Shown here: in pieces, positions 48,391-57,668 of the stretch | Numbering within the stretch: position 1 is the stretch's first letter | Layout: every line of letters starts with the position of its first letter | NCBI GenBank assembly: GCA_040398005.1 | Contig: JBBAUX010000003.1 | Location: 46,050-110,049 of the forward strand | From: Opitutales bacterium | Lineage (GTDB): Bacteria; Verrucomicrobiota; Verrucomicrobiia; Opitutales; UBA953 | Length of the DNA stretch: 64,000 nucleotides | Reading direction: 5' to 3' | Made by a program: the position numbers and the translations under genes | Notes under the pieces: generated by a model | The model's input: only the letters and a program-made list of their open reading frames with translations | Database searches by the model: none | What the model was told of the DNA's origin: nothing

Positions 48391-48883
48391 ACGCACCCAA
48401 CTCATCCGTCACTCGGAAGTCTCCTGTCTCAGGCAAGCCGTCGTCCAATCTCTCGTCTAAAATTAAGAGAACTCGACGAGAAAAAATATCGGGCTCGGTT
48501 GGTTGAAAAATGATTGTCGGATTGCCTGCGCCCATCGGACCCGCGTTAAGAGTAAAACTCCACTTGCCTGGGATATCGCAATTACCCATCGGCGTCTTAA
48601 CCGCTTCACTGAAACCATAGGCGGCTAAATCGGCGGAAGGTTTAGCAAAATCAAAATCCGCAGGCCAAGTATTTTTCTCGAGGTGATATTGAATAAGCGG
48701 CTTGCGGCACTGACGAATAACACTGGCCATGGGATCAACGCGTAAATGGTCGCGAACGGTAAAACCCAAGGTTATGACTAATCCGATAAATGCCGCGGCG
48801 ATAAGTTTACCGGTTATCCGATACCAAAGTGGGGTAGAATCTACCTCAACGAGCTTAGGAATATTGGAAACAGGTTCGGCCAT
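48371..48883 (-). CDS. Hypothetical pilin/pseudopilin-like membrane protein
   Basis: TM, then QY..E...WP.D and C-terminal LDERLDDG.P.TG.F; no G/FxxxE prepilin site before the TM. Confidence 0.5.
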   Translation of the reverse strand: MAEPVSNIPKLVEVDSTPLWYRITGKLIAAAFIGLVITLGFTVRDHLRVDPMASVIRQCRKPLIQYHLEKNTWPADFDFAKPSADLAAYGFSEAVKTPMGNCDIPGKWSFTLNAGPMGAGNPTIIFQPTEPDIFSRRVLLILDERLDDGLPETGDFRVTDELGAFKLKSE

Positions 48884-48981
48884 AACAATGGGACGAGCAT
48901 CCCTATCTTCATGACGCTTTCAAGTCTCGAACATCAACCTTGCGACTTGGTTTTAATATAAATTATCTATTTTCACGTTTC

Positions 48982-49770
48982 ATGGATGCACCCTACTTAA
49001 ACCGATTCGCCGGCATTGGCCGTCTCTATGGCAAAGCCGGGTTGAGTCATTTAAAAGAAAGTCAATTCATGGTCATTGGCCTAGGGGGCGTAGGATCCTG
49101 GACTGTCGAAGCCTTAGCCCGCTCAGGAGTCGGACAAATCATTCTCGTAGATGGCGATGCGGTTTGCACCTCCAACACCAATCGACAACTCCATGCTCTC
49201 ACGGGCAATGAAGGATTGAATAAAACTTCCGTCATGGCGGCCCGAGCTAGAGCGATTAATCCCGACATTAAAATTACTGAAATCACCCGATTTATTTCAC
49301 GCACCAATCCAAGTGAATTCCTGGATGGATTTAATGGTGTAGTCATTGACGCCATCGATGCACTTTCGCCGAAGTGCGGACTGATTAATGAAGTGCGAAG
49401 TCGTCATTTAAAAATGGTGAGTGTCGGTGGCTGTGCGGGACGACTCGACGGCACACGCATTAGAGTTACCGATATCACCGCGTCACGCGATGACCCCCTC
49501 ATGATGCTGGTACGAAAACGTCTCAGACAGAATTATGATTTTCCGCGCAAAGGACTTTTTAATATTTCCTGTGTTTGGTCGGATGAACCTTTTACGCTAC
49601 CCACCGATTGTGCTGGTTTGCCTGGCGAAGAAATTCCTGAAGACGAAGAGATGAGACCTAATTGCGAATGGGGCTACGGCACAGCATCGCATGTTGCCGG
49701 TGCGTTTGGTTTAGCCGCCGCTGGCGAAGCCATCCGACTCTGCTTGTTAGATCTTAAAAAGAGCGACTGA
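48982..49770 (+). CDS. tcdA: tRNA threonylcarbamoyladenosine dehydratase (ThiF family)
   Basis: GLGGVGSW.VEALARSG, SNTNRQLHA, VIDAID, DPL...VRKRLR, CVWSDE, C..GYG. Confidence 0.9.
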   Translation: MDAPYLNRFAGIGRLYGKAGLSHLKESQFMVIGLGGVGSWTVEALARSGVGQIILVDGDAVCTSNTNRQLHALTGNEGLNKTSVMAARARAINPDIKITEITRFISRTNPSEFLDGFNGVVIDAIDALSPKCGLINEVRSRHLKMVSVGGCAGRLDGTRIRVTDITASRDDPLMMLVRKRLRQNYDFPRKGLFNISCVWSDEPFTLPTDCAGLPGEEIPEDEEMRPNCEWGYGTASHVAGAFGLAAAGEAIRLCLLDLKKSD

Positions 49771-50202
49771 TTTCAGAAACTGTTCTCGCCAGTGATAGTG
49801 AGACAATAGGCTGGGGTCATCGTGGCCCAGTAATTTCAAAGCTAAATATAAAGCCTCAACCGAAGCGAGTCCCTCCGCTGGATCCAGCCCTTCATCATTT
49901 CGTCGCAGATAAGCAGTGGGCACGCTGGGCAATGAACGGTAAATAGGGGTACCCGTTAAACAGGATTTTAATTTCGGCACATGTTTCCAATTGCCGTCCA
50001 ATAAAATGAGTGGGCGACCTGCGTCTGCCTCTGAAATAAGTGGAGCATCAACACTCAGTACAATGGCATCGGTCGCTTCAATTTTGAGCGATGCGCTAAA
50101 CTGAAAAAAAGAAAGTTCTTTGTGTAAACGCAATGGCTCTAAAGTGCATTTGGCTAAATTTTCATCGGGGTGCCGAACAATGGTCGCTAAAATAGGTGAC
50201 AT
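49747..50202 (-). CDS. Tsr3/DTW (TDD superfamily)-like putative aminocarboxypropyltransferase
   Basis: HP.E...KCTL.PL, LLDGNW, RSLP...TAY.R, GLASVEAL..A, LL.HYHW...FL. Confidence 0.7.
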   Translation of the reverse strand: MSPILATIVRHPDENLAKCTLEPLRLHKELSFFQFSASLKIEATDAIVLSVDAPLISEADAGRPLILLDGNWKHVPKLKSCLTGTPIYRSLPSVPTAYLRRNDEGLDPAEGLASVEALYLALKLLGHDDPSLLSHYHWREQFLKSVALFKI

Positions 50203-50272
50203 AATAAATGAAAATTTCCTTGGGCTTCTCTCCTTGCGCTATTAGGGTCGAGTCGGCTATTTAATCAATAAA

Positions 50273-51169
50273 ATGAACACCCCTAAACTTCCCATGGAGG
50301 CGTTGATGACTGTGACAAGTCTACCCTACCGCCTGCATGCCAAGGGCAAGGTGCGGGAAGTTTTCGACTGCGGTGAACATTATCTAATTATTGCGACTGA
50401 TCGACTCTCGGCCTTCGACGTCGTGATGCCCAACGGCGTCCCTGGTAAGGGCATCTTACTGACTCACTTAAGTTTATGGTGGTTTGAACAAGCTAAAGAA
50501 ATTTTTCCCATTCACCTCGTCGACCAACACGCTGAACAGCTCGCAAAGATTTTAAAGGGACATGAGCATTTAATCAGTCGGTCGATGTTAGTTAAAAAAT
50601 TAACTCCCCTGCCCGTCGAAGCCGTGGTCCGGGGGTACTTAGCAGGCGGCGGATATAAAGAATATAAAAACTCGGGCTCAATTTTAGATCACAAGTTACC
50701 GGCTGGATTATTGGATGGATCAAAACTCCCGAGTCCGATTTTTACCCCCACCACCAAAGCCGCTCAAGGTCACGACGAGCCGATTACTCTGGCTGCGTGC
50801 TCGGAACTTTTGGGCGAAAAAACATTTAAGACGGTTCATGATGCATCGATTGCACTCTACACCATGGGTGTAAAACGTGCCGCCCAAGCGGGAATTATTT
50901 TAGCAGATACTAAATTTGAGTTTGGTAAGGACGCCCAAGGTAATTTGGTTTTAATCGACGAAGTCTTAACGCCTGATTCCTCGCGCTATTGGCCCGCGGC
51001 ATCCTGGAAGCCGGGTCTGGCTCAACCTTCTTACGACAAACAATTTGTGCGCGACTGGTTAGAGTCGCAGCCCTGGAATAAAACTTCGCCAGGCCCAACT
51101 CTACCCCAAGAAATTATAGCGAAGACACAGGCACTTTATGCTGAGTGCCTAGCGCGTCTTACGGCTTAA
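50273..51169 (+). CDS. purC: SAICAR synthetase
   Basis: GKVREVF, TDRLSAFD, EAVVRGYLAG, FTPTTKA, ADTKFEFG, DEVLTPDSSRYW. Confidence 0.97.
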   Translation: MNTPKLPMEALMTVTSLPYRLHAKGKVREVFDCGEHYLIIATDRLSAFDVVMPNGVPGKGILLTHLSLWWFEQAKEIFPIHLVDQHAEQLAKILKGHEHLISRSMLVKKLTPLPVEAVVRGYLAGGGYKEYKNSGSILDHKLPAGLLDGSKLPSPIFTPTTKAAQGHDEPITLAACSELLGEKTFKTVHDASIALYTMGVKRAAQAGIILADTKFEFGKDAQGNLVLIDEVLTPDSSRYWPAASWKPGLAQPSYDKQFVRDWLESQPWNKTSPGPTLPQEIIAKTQALYAECLARLTA

Positions 51170-51586
51170 TTACTTCCGTCTTTTTGGCTGCTTCGATTTG
51201 TCTGTGCGGGACAGTGAAGATTCAAGCCACTGAGCATACGAAGTTTCGGTAACCTTGCCTGAGGCCAAGCCAACGGTTTGGACAACCACTTCGACCTCGG
51301 GTGCGTTGAACTTTAATCCATTTATTTCGAGGAATAAAGCTGCAAGAATAAACCCGGTTCTCTTATTCCCGTCCACAAACGGATGTCCCTCAATAATACC
51401 CGCAGCATAAGCCGCAGCTAATTGAGGCAACTTTGCTTTTTGGTATAGAGATAAATTTTGTGGGCGAGCCAGGGCAGATTCTAGCCGGCCTTGATCGCGG
51501 ATTCCGGCATCACCACCATAATCAGAAATCAGAACGCCGTGTATGATCTGACAGGCCTCTATCGTTACCCATTTTGGTTCTTTCAT
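51170..51586 (-). CDS. Doc/Fic-family toxin
   Basis: GIRD.G.LESALARP, HPFVDGNKRT (Doc-type Lys variant), FLEING. Confidence 0.92.
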   Translation of the reverse strand: MKEPKWVTIEACQIIHGVLISDYGGDAGIRDQGRLESALARPQNLSLYQKAKLPQLAAAYAAGIIEGHPFVDGNKRTGFILAALFLEINGLKFNAPEVEVVVQTVGLASGKVTETSYAQWLESSLSRTDKSKQPKRRK

Positions 51587-51810
51587 TTTGCTAATTCATC
51601 TAGGGCGTTTCGATAGCGCTTATTGAGGGCCTTGAAAACAGCTAGATCATCCGCAAACTTGGGATTATTTGCGGTTAACTTAATCTCATTTTTTCCACCC
51701 GTACAATAAAGTGAATCACCTTCCTCCACGCGCAATTCATCTATCAATTCCCTGGGAAGAATCACCCCTAGAGAATTTCCGATTTTTCTTACCTTAATTT
51801 TTTTTGCCAT
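51583..51810 (-). CDS. AbrB/MazE-family antitoxin
   Basis: KVRKIGNSLGVILP.E, EGD.L, RYRNAL.ELAK; ATGA overlap with toxin. Confidence 0.92.
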   Translation of the reverse strand: MAKKIKVRKIGNSLGVILPRELIDELRVEEGDSLYCTGGKNEIKLTANNPKFADDLAVFKALNKRYRNALDELAK

Positions 51811-51818
51811 AGCCCTAT

Positions 51819-51840
51819 TGTTATAACAAATGTTATAACA
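51819..51840. promoter_or_regulatory. Tandem palindromic operator TGTTATAACA x2
   Basis: Two identical perfect 10-bp palindromes (51819-51828, 51831-51840) starting 9 nt upstream of the antitoxin ATG. Confidence 0.8.
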
Positions 51841-51867
51841 TCAAGACAAAAATCATGGGGGCGAGCT

Positions 51868-53232
51868 TTAAAAACCTTGGGTAATATAACCAAAAACCTC
51901 AGTTGAGCTTATAGAGTTAGGCACGCCCGCGTTCACCGACGTAATTATCACCGGCCAATCTAAAGGATCTTCGGGCACCCGGCCGTGCGAACCTTTTATT
52001 TTTTCTCCGGTTAAAGGTGTCAGTTTAAGTAAAGCACGTAGCCCTAGGCGTTTCTTTAAAAGAAACCATGCAACATTCAATAAGCGGAATTTTATCACTG
52101 GATCGATGAGTAGCTCAGCTGGATCATAACCGGGCTTGCGATGAATATCCACGGTCCGTGCATAATCGGGCGCCCGCTCATCGTCCAGCCACCAGTAATA
52201 AGAGAACCAAGCATTCTTTTTTGCGACGACAATAAAATCCCCAGAGCGCTCGTGATTTATTCCGAGTTTCTTTTGTGCATCTTGGTCTAGAACTTTTTCA
52301 ACCCCATCAGTGCTTTCTAAAATTTTTCTAACTTCATCAAGCTTGCTACTGTCTTGGACAATCACGTGGGCGACTTGGTGGTCAACGACGGCAAAGACCT
52401 GTGAATTAAACGTGTCTAATATTTCTACTCCTAACTCTTCTTTAATTCTGAGCAGTCCGTGCTTTCTTAAAATACGATTAAGTGGAATGTCGTGATTGAC
52501 TTCAGTAATCGCGTACTCGGATACAATGAGAACATCGACGCCTCTTTTCTCAAAGAACTCAATCAGTCCACCCACTAGATTATCGATGTCTAGTCTCGCC
52601 TGACGAGCCTCCGTGCTCCTCGGACCAAATCTTTGCAGATCATAATCAAGATGCGGAAGATAAACTAAATTTAAATCGGGCTTCTGATTCTGCTCGATCC
52701 ACTGGGCGGCACGGGCAATCCACTGCGATGAAGCCAGGCCGGCAGCAGGTCCCCAAAAGTTTTTGAAGGGAAATTCGCCGAGATCGGCCTTCAGTGAATT
52801 TTTGATTTCGTAAGGATACGTCGCGATATCAAAAACCTTCCCACCGTCCGCCAAGTAATTAGGCCGAGGCGTCACCGAAATATCCGCCTGCGTTCCCATG
52901 TTGTACCACCAGAATAAATTAGCGATACGCAGCTTATGGGAACGTTGATGTAATTTGTCCCAAACCTTGGGAGCTTGGACGAGTCGATTAGACTGCTTCC
53001 AAAAATGGACTTCGCTCAATCCCCTATCGTACCAGCCATTGCCCACAATTCCATGAACGGCAGGACGCTCCCCGGTTAGGTAATCGGACTGTGCAGTACA
53101 AGTAACCGCTGGAAACGCTGGAGAAATTTTGGCGGACGAACCTCGCTTCGCAAATTGAGCAATGTGTGGCATTTCGCCCGACTCCAAATCGCGCGCGGAA
53201 AGACCAACTACATTTAAGACAACACGACGCAT
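51868..53232 (-). CDS. eboF: EboF, alkaline phosphatase / nucleotide pyrophosphatase family
   Basis: NVVGL, PAVTCTAQS..LTG, HGIVGNGWY, WKQSN.LV, YLPHLDY, DIHRKPGYDP.EL, KGSHG. Confidence 0.88.
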   Translation of the reverse strand: MRRVVLNVVGLSARDLESGEMPHIAQFAKRGSSAKISPAFPAVTCTAQSDYLTGERPAVHGIVGNGWYDRGLSEVHFWKQSNRLVQAPKVWDKLHQRSHKLRIANLFWWYNMGTQADISVTPRPNYLADGGKVFDIATYPYEIKNSLKADLGEFPFKNFWGPAAGLASSQWIARAAQWIEQNQKPDLNLVYLPHLDYDLQRFGPRSTEARQARLDIDNLVGGLIEFFEKRGVDVLIVSEYAITEVNHDIPLNRILRKHGLLRIKEELGVEILDTFNSQVFAVVDHQVAHVIVQDSSKLDEVRKILESTDGVEKVLDQDAQKKLGINHERSGDFIVVAKKNAWFSYYWWLDDERAPDYARTVDIHRKPGYDPAELLIDPVIKFRLLNVAWFLLKKRLGLRALLKLTPLTGEKIKGSHGRVPEDPLDWPVIITSVNAGVPNSISSTEVFGYITQGF

Positions 53233-54365
53233 GTTGATGAAAAGCGGTGGCGGAGTTCCGCGGAAACTTTTTTAATTACATCACTCGATAATTCATGAAC
53301 GTGGGTCGATTGCCCGATAGCAGTGGGCAATATTAGAGTCAGTTGCCCACCGAGATGCTCACGAAACTCTTCTAGACCCTGCAGCAATGAATCACCGAGA
53401 TTAATCTCTAGCTCCGCTGCGTATAATTGGAAACCTAAGCGAACCAGTAAATCAATGACCCGTTCCGATTCTAATTTAGAGAATAAGCCCAACTCGCGGG
53501 CACAGAGTACATCAACCGCCAAACCAATGGCAACGGCCTCGCCGTGCGACAAACGGTAATTAGATAAAGTCTCACACTTGTGGGCGACCCAGTGACCCAA
53601 ATCAAGCGGTCGAGCTGAACCGAGCTCAAACGGATCACCACCTTGGGTAATGTGCAGAGCATGCAGTTCAGCGGATCGACGAATACATGCACCGATTAAA
53701 GTTAAATTTCCAGCAGCCAACTCTCTTGAGTCTTTTTCAAGCGACTTGAAAAATTCAGGGTCTTTTAACAAGGCGACCTTTACGGCTTCAACTAAACCAT
53801 CGCGCAGGTTTTTAGGACTAAGCGATTTGAGAAATGCGAAATCATTGATGACTGCATACGGCGGACTAAAAGTTCCTGTAAAATTCTTTTTCTGAAAAGC
53901 ATTAATACCATTCTTCACCCCGACTCCGGCATCGGCCTGACTCAGTGTCGTTGATGGCATCCGAATCAAGCGCACGCCGCGATGGGCAATCGATGAAGCA
54001 AAGCCCGCTGCATCTAAGAGTGCACCGCCACCTATAACTAGGACATAGGAATGGCGACAAATGGCATCCTCCTCAATCGCCGCCAGAACTGCATTCGCCA
54101 CGGTCTGATCTTTTTTACATTCCTCACCGCCCGTTAAAATCATTGGCGCGCGGGTTAACTTAATTTGATGAGCCTTTGCATATTCAATTAATTCCGACAC
54201 CACCGCGGGAGACGTAGCGACCAAGCCAGCATCAATAATCGGCAAAACTTTAGCGGCCCCCACCAGCTCTTTGAGAATATTATTTTTAAGAGCAAAGGCG
54301 TTCTCCGTGAAAAAGATTTGGTGGCGGTAAGACACCACAAATGAGAGATCGAGCCGAGAATTCAT
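53214..54365 (-). CDS. eboD: EboD, dehydroquinate synthase-like sugar-phosphate cyclase
   Basis: GGGALLD..GF.S..AHRG.RLIR.P.T.LSQ.D.GVGVKNG.N, GDPFE.GSARPLD.GHW.AH, GLEEFREHLGG.LT. Confidence 0.9.
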   Translation of the reverse strand: MNSRLDLSFVVSYRHQIFFTENAFALKNNILKELVGAAKVLPIIDAGLVATSPAVVSELIEYAKAHQIKLTRAPMILTGGEECKKDQTVANAVLAAIEEDAICRHSYVLVIGGGALLDAAGFASSIAHRGVRLIRMPSTTLSQADAGVGVKNGINAFQKKNFTGTFSPPYAVINDFAFLKSLSPKNLRDGLVEAVKVALLKDPEFFKSLEKDSRELAAGNLTLIGACIRRSAELHALHITQGGDPFELGSARPLDLGHWVAHKCETLSNYRLSHGEAVAIGLAVDVLCARELGLFSKLESERVIDLLVRLGFQLYAAELEINLGDSLLQGLEEFREHLGGQLTLILPTAIGQSTHVHELSSDVIKKVSAELRHRFSSTCVVLS

Positions 54366-54440
54366 GAAAGCGTTACCTACTTAGAGTGAAAGGTTGAGAC
54401 ACCCAAGGACAAGCCCAGTTCCACCTTTAAACTCAATCTC

Positions 54441-55403
54441 TTACGTAGAAGGTATGAATTTGCGAAGCCAAAGGGTCATACTAAAACAAATGGGCGGGGC
54501 GAGTACGGCCAGCCAAGCGACTTCCTTCACTTGTATCATCGGTTCCGTTCCACAGAATTGTGCTATCATTAATAAAACAGCTCCACTCACGATGGAATCT
54601 AAGAGTGAAAATGCGGCGATACGATCGGCCACGCGTGCGGAAATTCCTGCTGGTATCGGGTGGCGGCGATTGGAAAAAATAATCCAAAGTAAATAAAATA
54701 TTAACGCACCTAAACTCCAGTAAGTATAATTTCCATAAACGAAGAGCGGTAGAGGTATTAAAAATAATAGACGCTCAATCCAATAAGAGTTTTTAGCGGG
54801 CGTGAGTTCATACTTAGCCACCCAAGTCAGAGCATAAGTATAAATTCCCAAAACCACTGCATAAACGTAAACAATGTTCGGCTGCACGCAGATCCCATCG
54901 ATGGTTGCGACTATGAAGCCTATCATCGGCAGCAAAGCTCTACATGCACCCATAATAACGGGGGCTAACGGATTACCTTTATGGGCAACATCATACCCAA
55001 GAATGAAAATAACAAGGAGTGTTGTGGTTACAAAAATGGACGGATTAAAAAATCTACCTACGGAAAAAACCGCAAGTGCCGCTCCTAAAAATAATATGAT
55101 AAAGCCGACCCACTTTGCTTTTAAGCGAGAAATGAAACCAGAAGGCAATGGACGCTCCGGGTGGTTGGCACAGTCCCACTCGTAATCAAAAACGTCATTC
55201 AAAATCATACCCGCCACGTACAGTAACGAGATTCCTAATAATAATACAAAGAATGTGCCGCTCAGTGCCGACGGTACTATTACCGTTGGAGTTTGGATTA
55301 CAGCCGCCATGCCTAAAAGCCAGCCTGAGATCACGTTGGACCAAACGGTGGGGAGGTTGGAACACCTTGTGAGCACTAACCATGATTTGAGATTCGCTTT
55401 CAT
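54441..55403 (-). CDS. eboC: EboC, UbiA-family prenyltransferase
   Basis: R.SNLPTVWSN, GM.LNDVFD..WD....PERPLPSG, YD..HK, MG.CR; multi-TM. Confidence 0.88.
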   Translation of the reverse strand: MKANLKSWLVLTRCSNLPTVWSNVISGWLLGMAAVIQTPTVIVPSALSGTFFVLLLGISLLYVAGMILNDVFDYEWDCANHPERPLPSGFISRLKAKWVGFIILFLGAALAVFSVGRFFNPSIFVTTTLLVIFILGYDVAHKGNPLAPVIMGACRALLPMIGFIVATIDGICVQPNIVYVYAVVLGIYTYALTWVAKYELTPAKNSYWIERLLFLIPLPLFVYGNYTYWSLGALIFYLLWIIFSNRRHPIPAGISARVADRIAAFSLLDSIVSGAVLLMIAQFCGTEPMIQVKEVAWLAVLAPPICFSMTLWLRKFIPST

Positions 55404-56575
55404 TAGGTAGGCCTTACTCCGTATTGGCTAAGCTCATTTAAGACCCAGCGATACTCCGCCACTACTTGATTAGTCACATCCATCGACCTTAAAGAAGGCG
55501 GTAAAACTTCCCAAGTATAGGTTTCGATTTCAAGTTCTTTGGCTAGACCGGGCTGACGCATAATAACGCCAATAACTTTTTTTAGAAAATCGGTAGTGTT
55601 AGAAAAATCTTTTTCAATCGGCATCGAATGAAGTGGCAGGTGGAAATGCACCCGCAGTTCATTAAGTTTCTTGAGCGCATGCACATCGGCCAATGCATCA
55701 GGAATATCTTTGAAGTAGATTAGGTCTCCGTTGCTGGCCCTGCCGATACACTGGTGCAAATACGTGGGCTCTTGCATGCTCGCTAATCGGCGTAATGTCT
55801 CATCCGTTGGATTTAATCTCAGAGCAGAACTTAAATGATACTTCAAAATGGGCGCGCCGCTTGAATTGAGTTTTTCTACCGATTGAGCCGCATCTTCATA
55901 CTGTAGGGCAAAGTGACAGGTATCATAACAAACACCTAAAAAACTATCTACCAAACCAGATGAAGTCTCCTGCCCTCTCAGTTGATCAAAGAAATCAATC
56001 GTCTGTTGAGTATTTTCAAAATGTCCCAATGGCTCAGGTTCGAGCGCCAGTTGAAGCGTGATACCTGAGCGGTCACGCAAGCGCGCTAAATATTCAGCAC
56101 TGTTTAATATTTTTTTTTGTAGTTCATTTATTTGATCCTTCGAACGATTAAATTTCTTAAACGTGCCGGGCAGCGTACTCACCGTGCCCTGCTGATTAGG
56201 CGGGTTTAATGCCGCCAATAGATCGAAAAGTTTTTGGGTGTATTCTAAGCGACTGGGGTCCGTCCAGTCGGGCAGAAATACCGACTCTTTAACGGGCTGG
56301 CCGTGAAACGCGCCGTAAGGAAAACCATTAATTCCCGAAACGGTACAATTTTCTTTTTCGAGCCAGTCGCGAAAAGCGTTCAGGTTTTTTTCTTGGCCCA
56401 ACTCAAGTGCAGCCGAATTTCCTAATCTTAGTCCCACGGCATAGGGTTTACTGGGACAAACCTGGTGGCGGATTTTTAGAGTGTTAGTCTGAAGATTTGA
56501 AAAAGTTTCTGCCCAGCCGTCACCTCGATGAACATTGGTGCAATACGCCAAAGAATGTCCCGAGGAAAGTTGCAT
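55403..56575 (-). CDS. eboE: EboE, xylose-isomerase-like TIM barrel
   Basis: YCTNVH, GLRL, NGFPYG.FH...VK..V..PDW, LEPEP, CYDTCH, EP.YLHQ, RVHFH.P, LEIETYTW.VLP. Confidence 0.92.
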   Translation of the reverse strand: MQLSSGHSLAYCTNVHRGDGWAETFSNLQTNTLKIRHQVCPSKPYAVGLRLGNSAALELGQEKNLNAFRDWLEKENCTVSGINGFPYGAFHGQPVKESVFLPDWTDPSRLEYTQKLFDLLAALNPPNQQGTVSTLPGTFKKFNRSKDQINELQKKILNSAEYLARLRDRSGITLQLALEPEPLGHFENTQQTIDFFDQLRGQETSSGLVDSFLGVCYDTCHFALQYEDAAQSVEKLNSSGAPILKYHLSSALRLNPTDETLRRLASMQEPTYLHQCIGRASNGDLIYFKDIPDALADVHALKKLNELRVHFHLPLHSMPIEKDFSNTTDFLKKVIGVIMRQPGLAKELEIETYTWEVLPPSLRSMDVTNQVVAEYRWVLNELSQYGVRPT

Positions 56576-56578
56576 CCG

Positions 56579-57391
56579 TTAAATTACTTCCGGCCGAATA
56601 AATTTCTTTGATTGCGAGAGGAACTGAATCGGATTCCCAAAAATTAAATTGTCGATGGCTTGTACAGAATGTCCACGACGCTTCATTTCCAACGCAGTTT
56701 TAGGCACAGACAGTGGATCGCTATGACCCCAGTCACACGCGCTATTAAGCCAAACGCGTTGGGAAGATATCGTTTCAATCATATCAATCGCACGCTGAGG
56801 GCTGGCTTTCGATTCAGGATAAAGCGTGATACCCGCCCAGAATCCTTGATCGATGACTTCTTTGAACGTGTGCTCTTCGACGTGGTCAATAATCACACGA
56901 TGAGACTCAATCTTAGGATTGTTTTTGAGTGCATCCAAAATCAATCGTGTTCCTTTGCGTTTATCTTCGAGGTGCGGAGTGTGCACCAAAATCAGTTGAT
57001 TGTGTTTTACAGCCAAGTCGATGTGCTCCTCTAAAATTTTAATTTCATTACGGGTATTTTTATTTAAACCGATTTCGCCAATTCCTAAAACATTCGGAGC
57101 ATTTAAAAATTCAGGGATAAGCGCTAAAACCTCGCGGGCTAAGCCCATGTCATCCGACTCCTTAGGATTAATACAGAGCCAGGAGTAATGAGGGATTCCT
57201 AATTTTTGGGCGCGGGCGGGTTCGTGTTGCGTGAGTTGGCAGAAGTAATCGTAAAAGCCGTCCGCCGATTTACGATCAAAGCCTGCCCAAAAGGCGGGCT
57301 CACAAATCGCGGCGCATCCGGCTAGAGCCATCGCCTTATAATCATCAGTCGTTCGACTGACCATGTGTCCATGAGGCTCGATGTATCGCAT
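56579..57391 (-). CDS. eboB: EboB, TatD-like hydrolase
   Basis: PHGHMVSRTTDDY, EPAFW, NPKE, IGEIG, HTPH..DK, IDH, NSACDWG.SDPL.VP. Confidence 0.9.
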   Translation of the reverse strand: MRYIEPHGHMVSRTTDDYKAMALAGCAAICEPAFWAGFDRKSADGFYDYFCQLTQHEPARAQKLGIPHYSWLCINPKESDDMGLAREVLALIPEFLNAPNVLGIGEIGLNKNTRNEIKILEEHIDLAVKHNQLILVHTPHLEDKRKGTRLILDALKNNPKIESHRVIIDHVEEHTFKEVIDQGFWAGITLYPESKASPQRAIDMIETISSQRVWLNSACDWGHSDPLSVPKTALEMKRRGHSVQAIDNLIFGNPIQFLSQSKKFIRPEVI

Positions 57392-57395
57392 CGGA

Positions 57396-57668
57396 TTAGA
57401 GCTGAGGCCAAACTCCGGTTGCGGCTTTCGTGTCTGATTTTTCTAAAGGTTCAGTGGTGGGGTCGCTCCATTGATTTAATATTTCCGCCACGCGATTCTT
57501 ATTACCTTCGTTTAAAACTTTTAAGGCGAGGCGGAGTCCGCGAATGCGGTGATCGTCGGAGCCCGCTGAGCGATCAACGCGGTCAAGAAACGCGGCGAGG
57601 TCTAACAATTTTGCACGCGCATCCATAAAATATAAGTCGGCCACTTCTTTGCGCGTTGGAGAACTCAT
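57396..57668 (-). CDS. Small helical hypothetical protein in the ebo operon
   Basis: 90 aa; YFMDARAKLLDLAAFLDRVDR...D.R...L..AL..L, R...IL..WSDP; abuts ybjQ, 4 nt from eboB. Confidence 0.75.
   Translation of the reverse strand: MSSPTRKEVADLYFMDARAKLLDLAAFLDRVDRSAGSDDHRIRGLRLALKVLNEGNKNRVAEILNQWSDPTTEPLEKSDTKAATGVWPQL

Noticed and set aside
53214..54365. Calling this gene aroB
   Set aside because: AHRG, GDPFE.GSARPLD and EFREHLGG motifs and the neighbours mark it as EboD
54365..54378. TGAAAGCGTTACCT, a cre/LacI-like site at the eboD start
   Set aside because: Single imperfect copy, no LacI gene in the window; not distinguishable from chance
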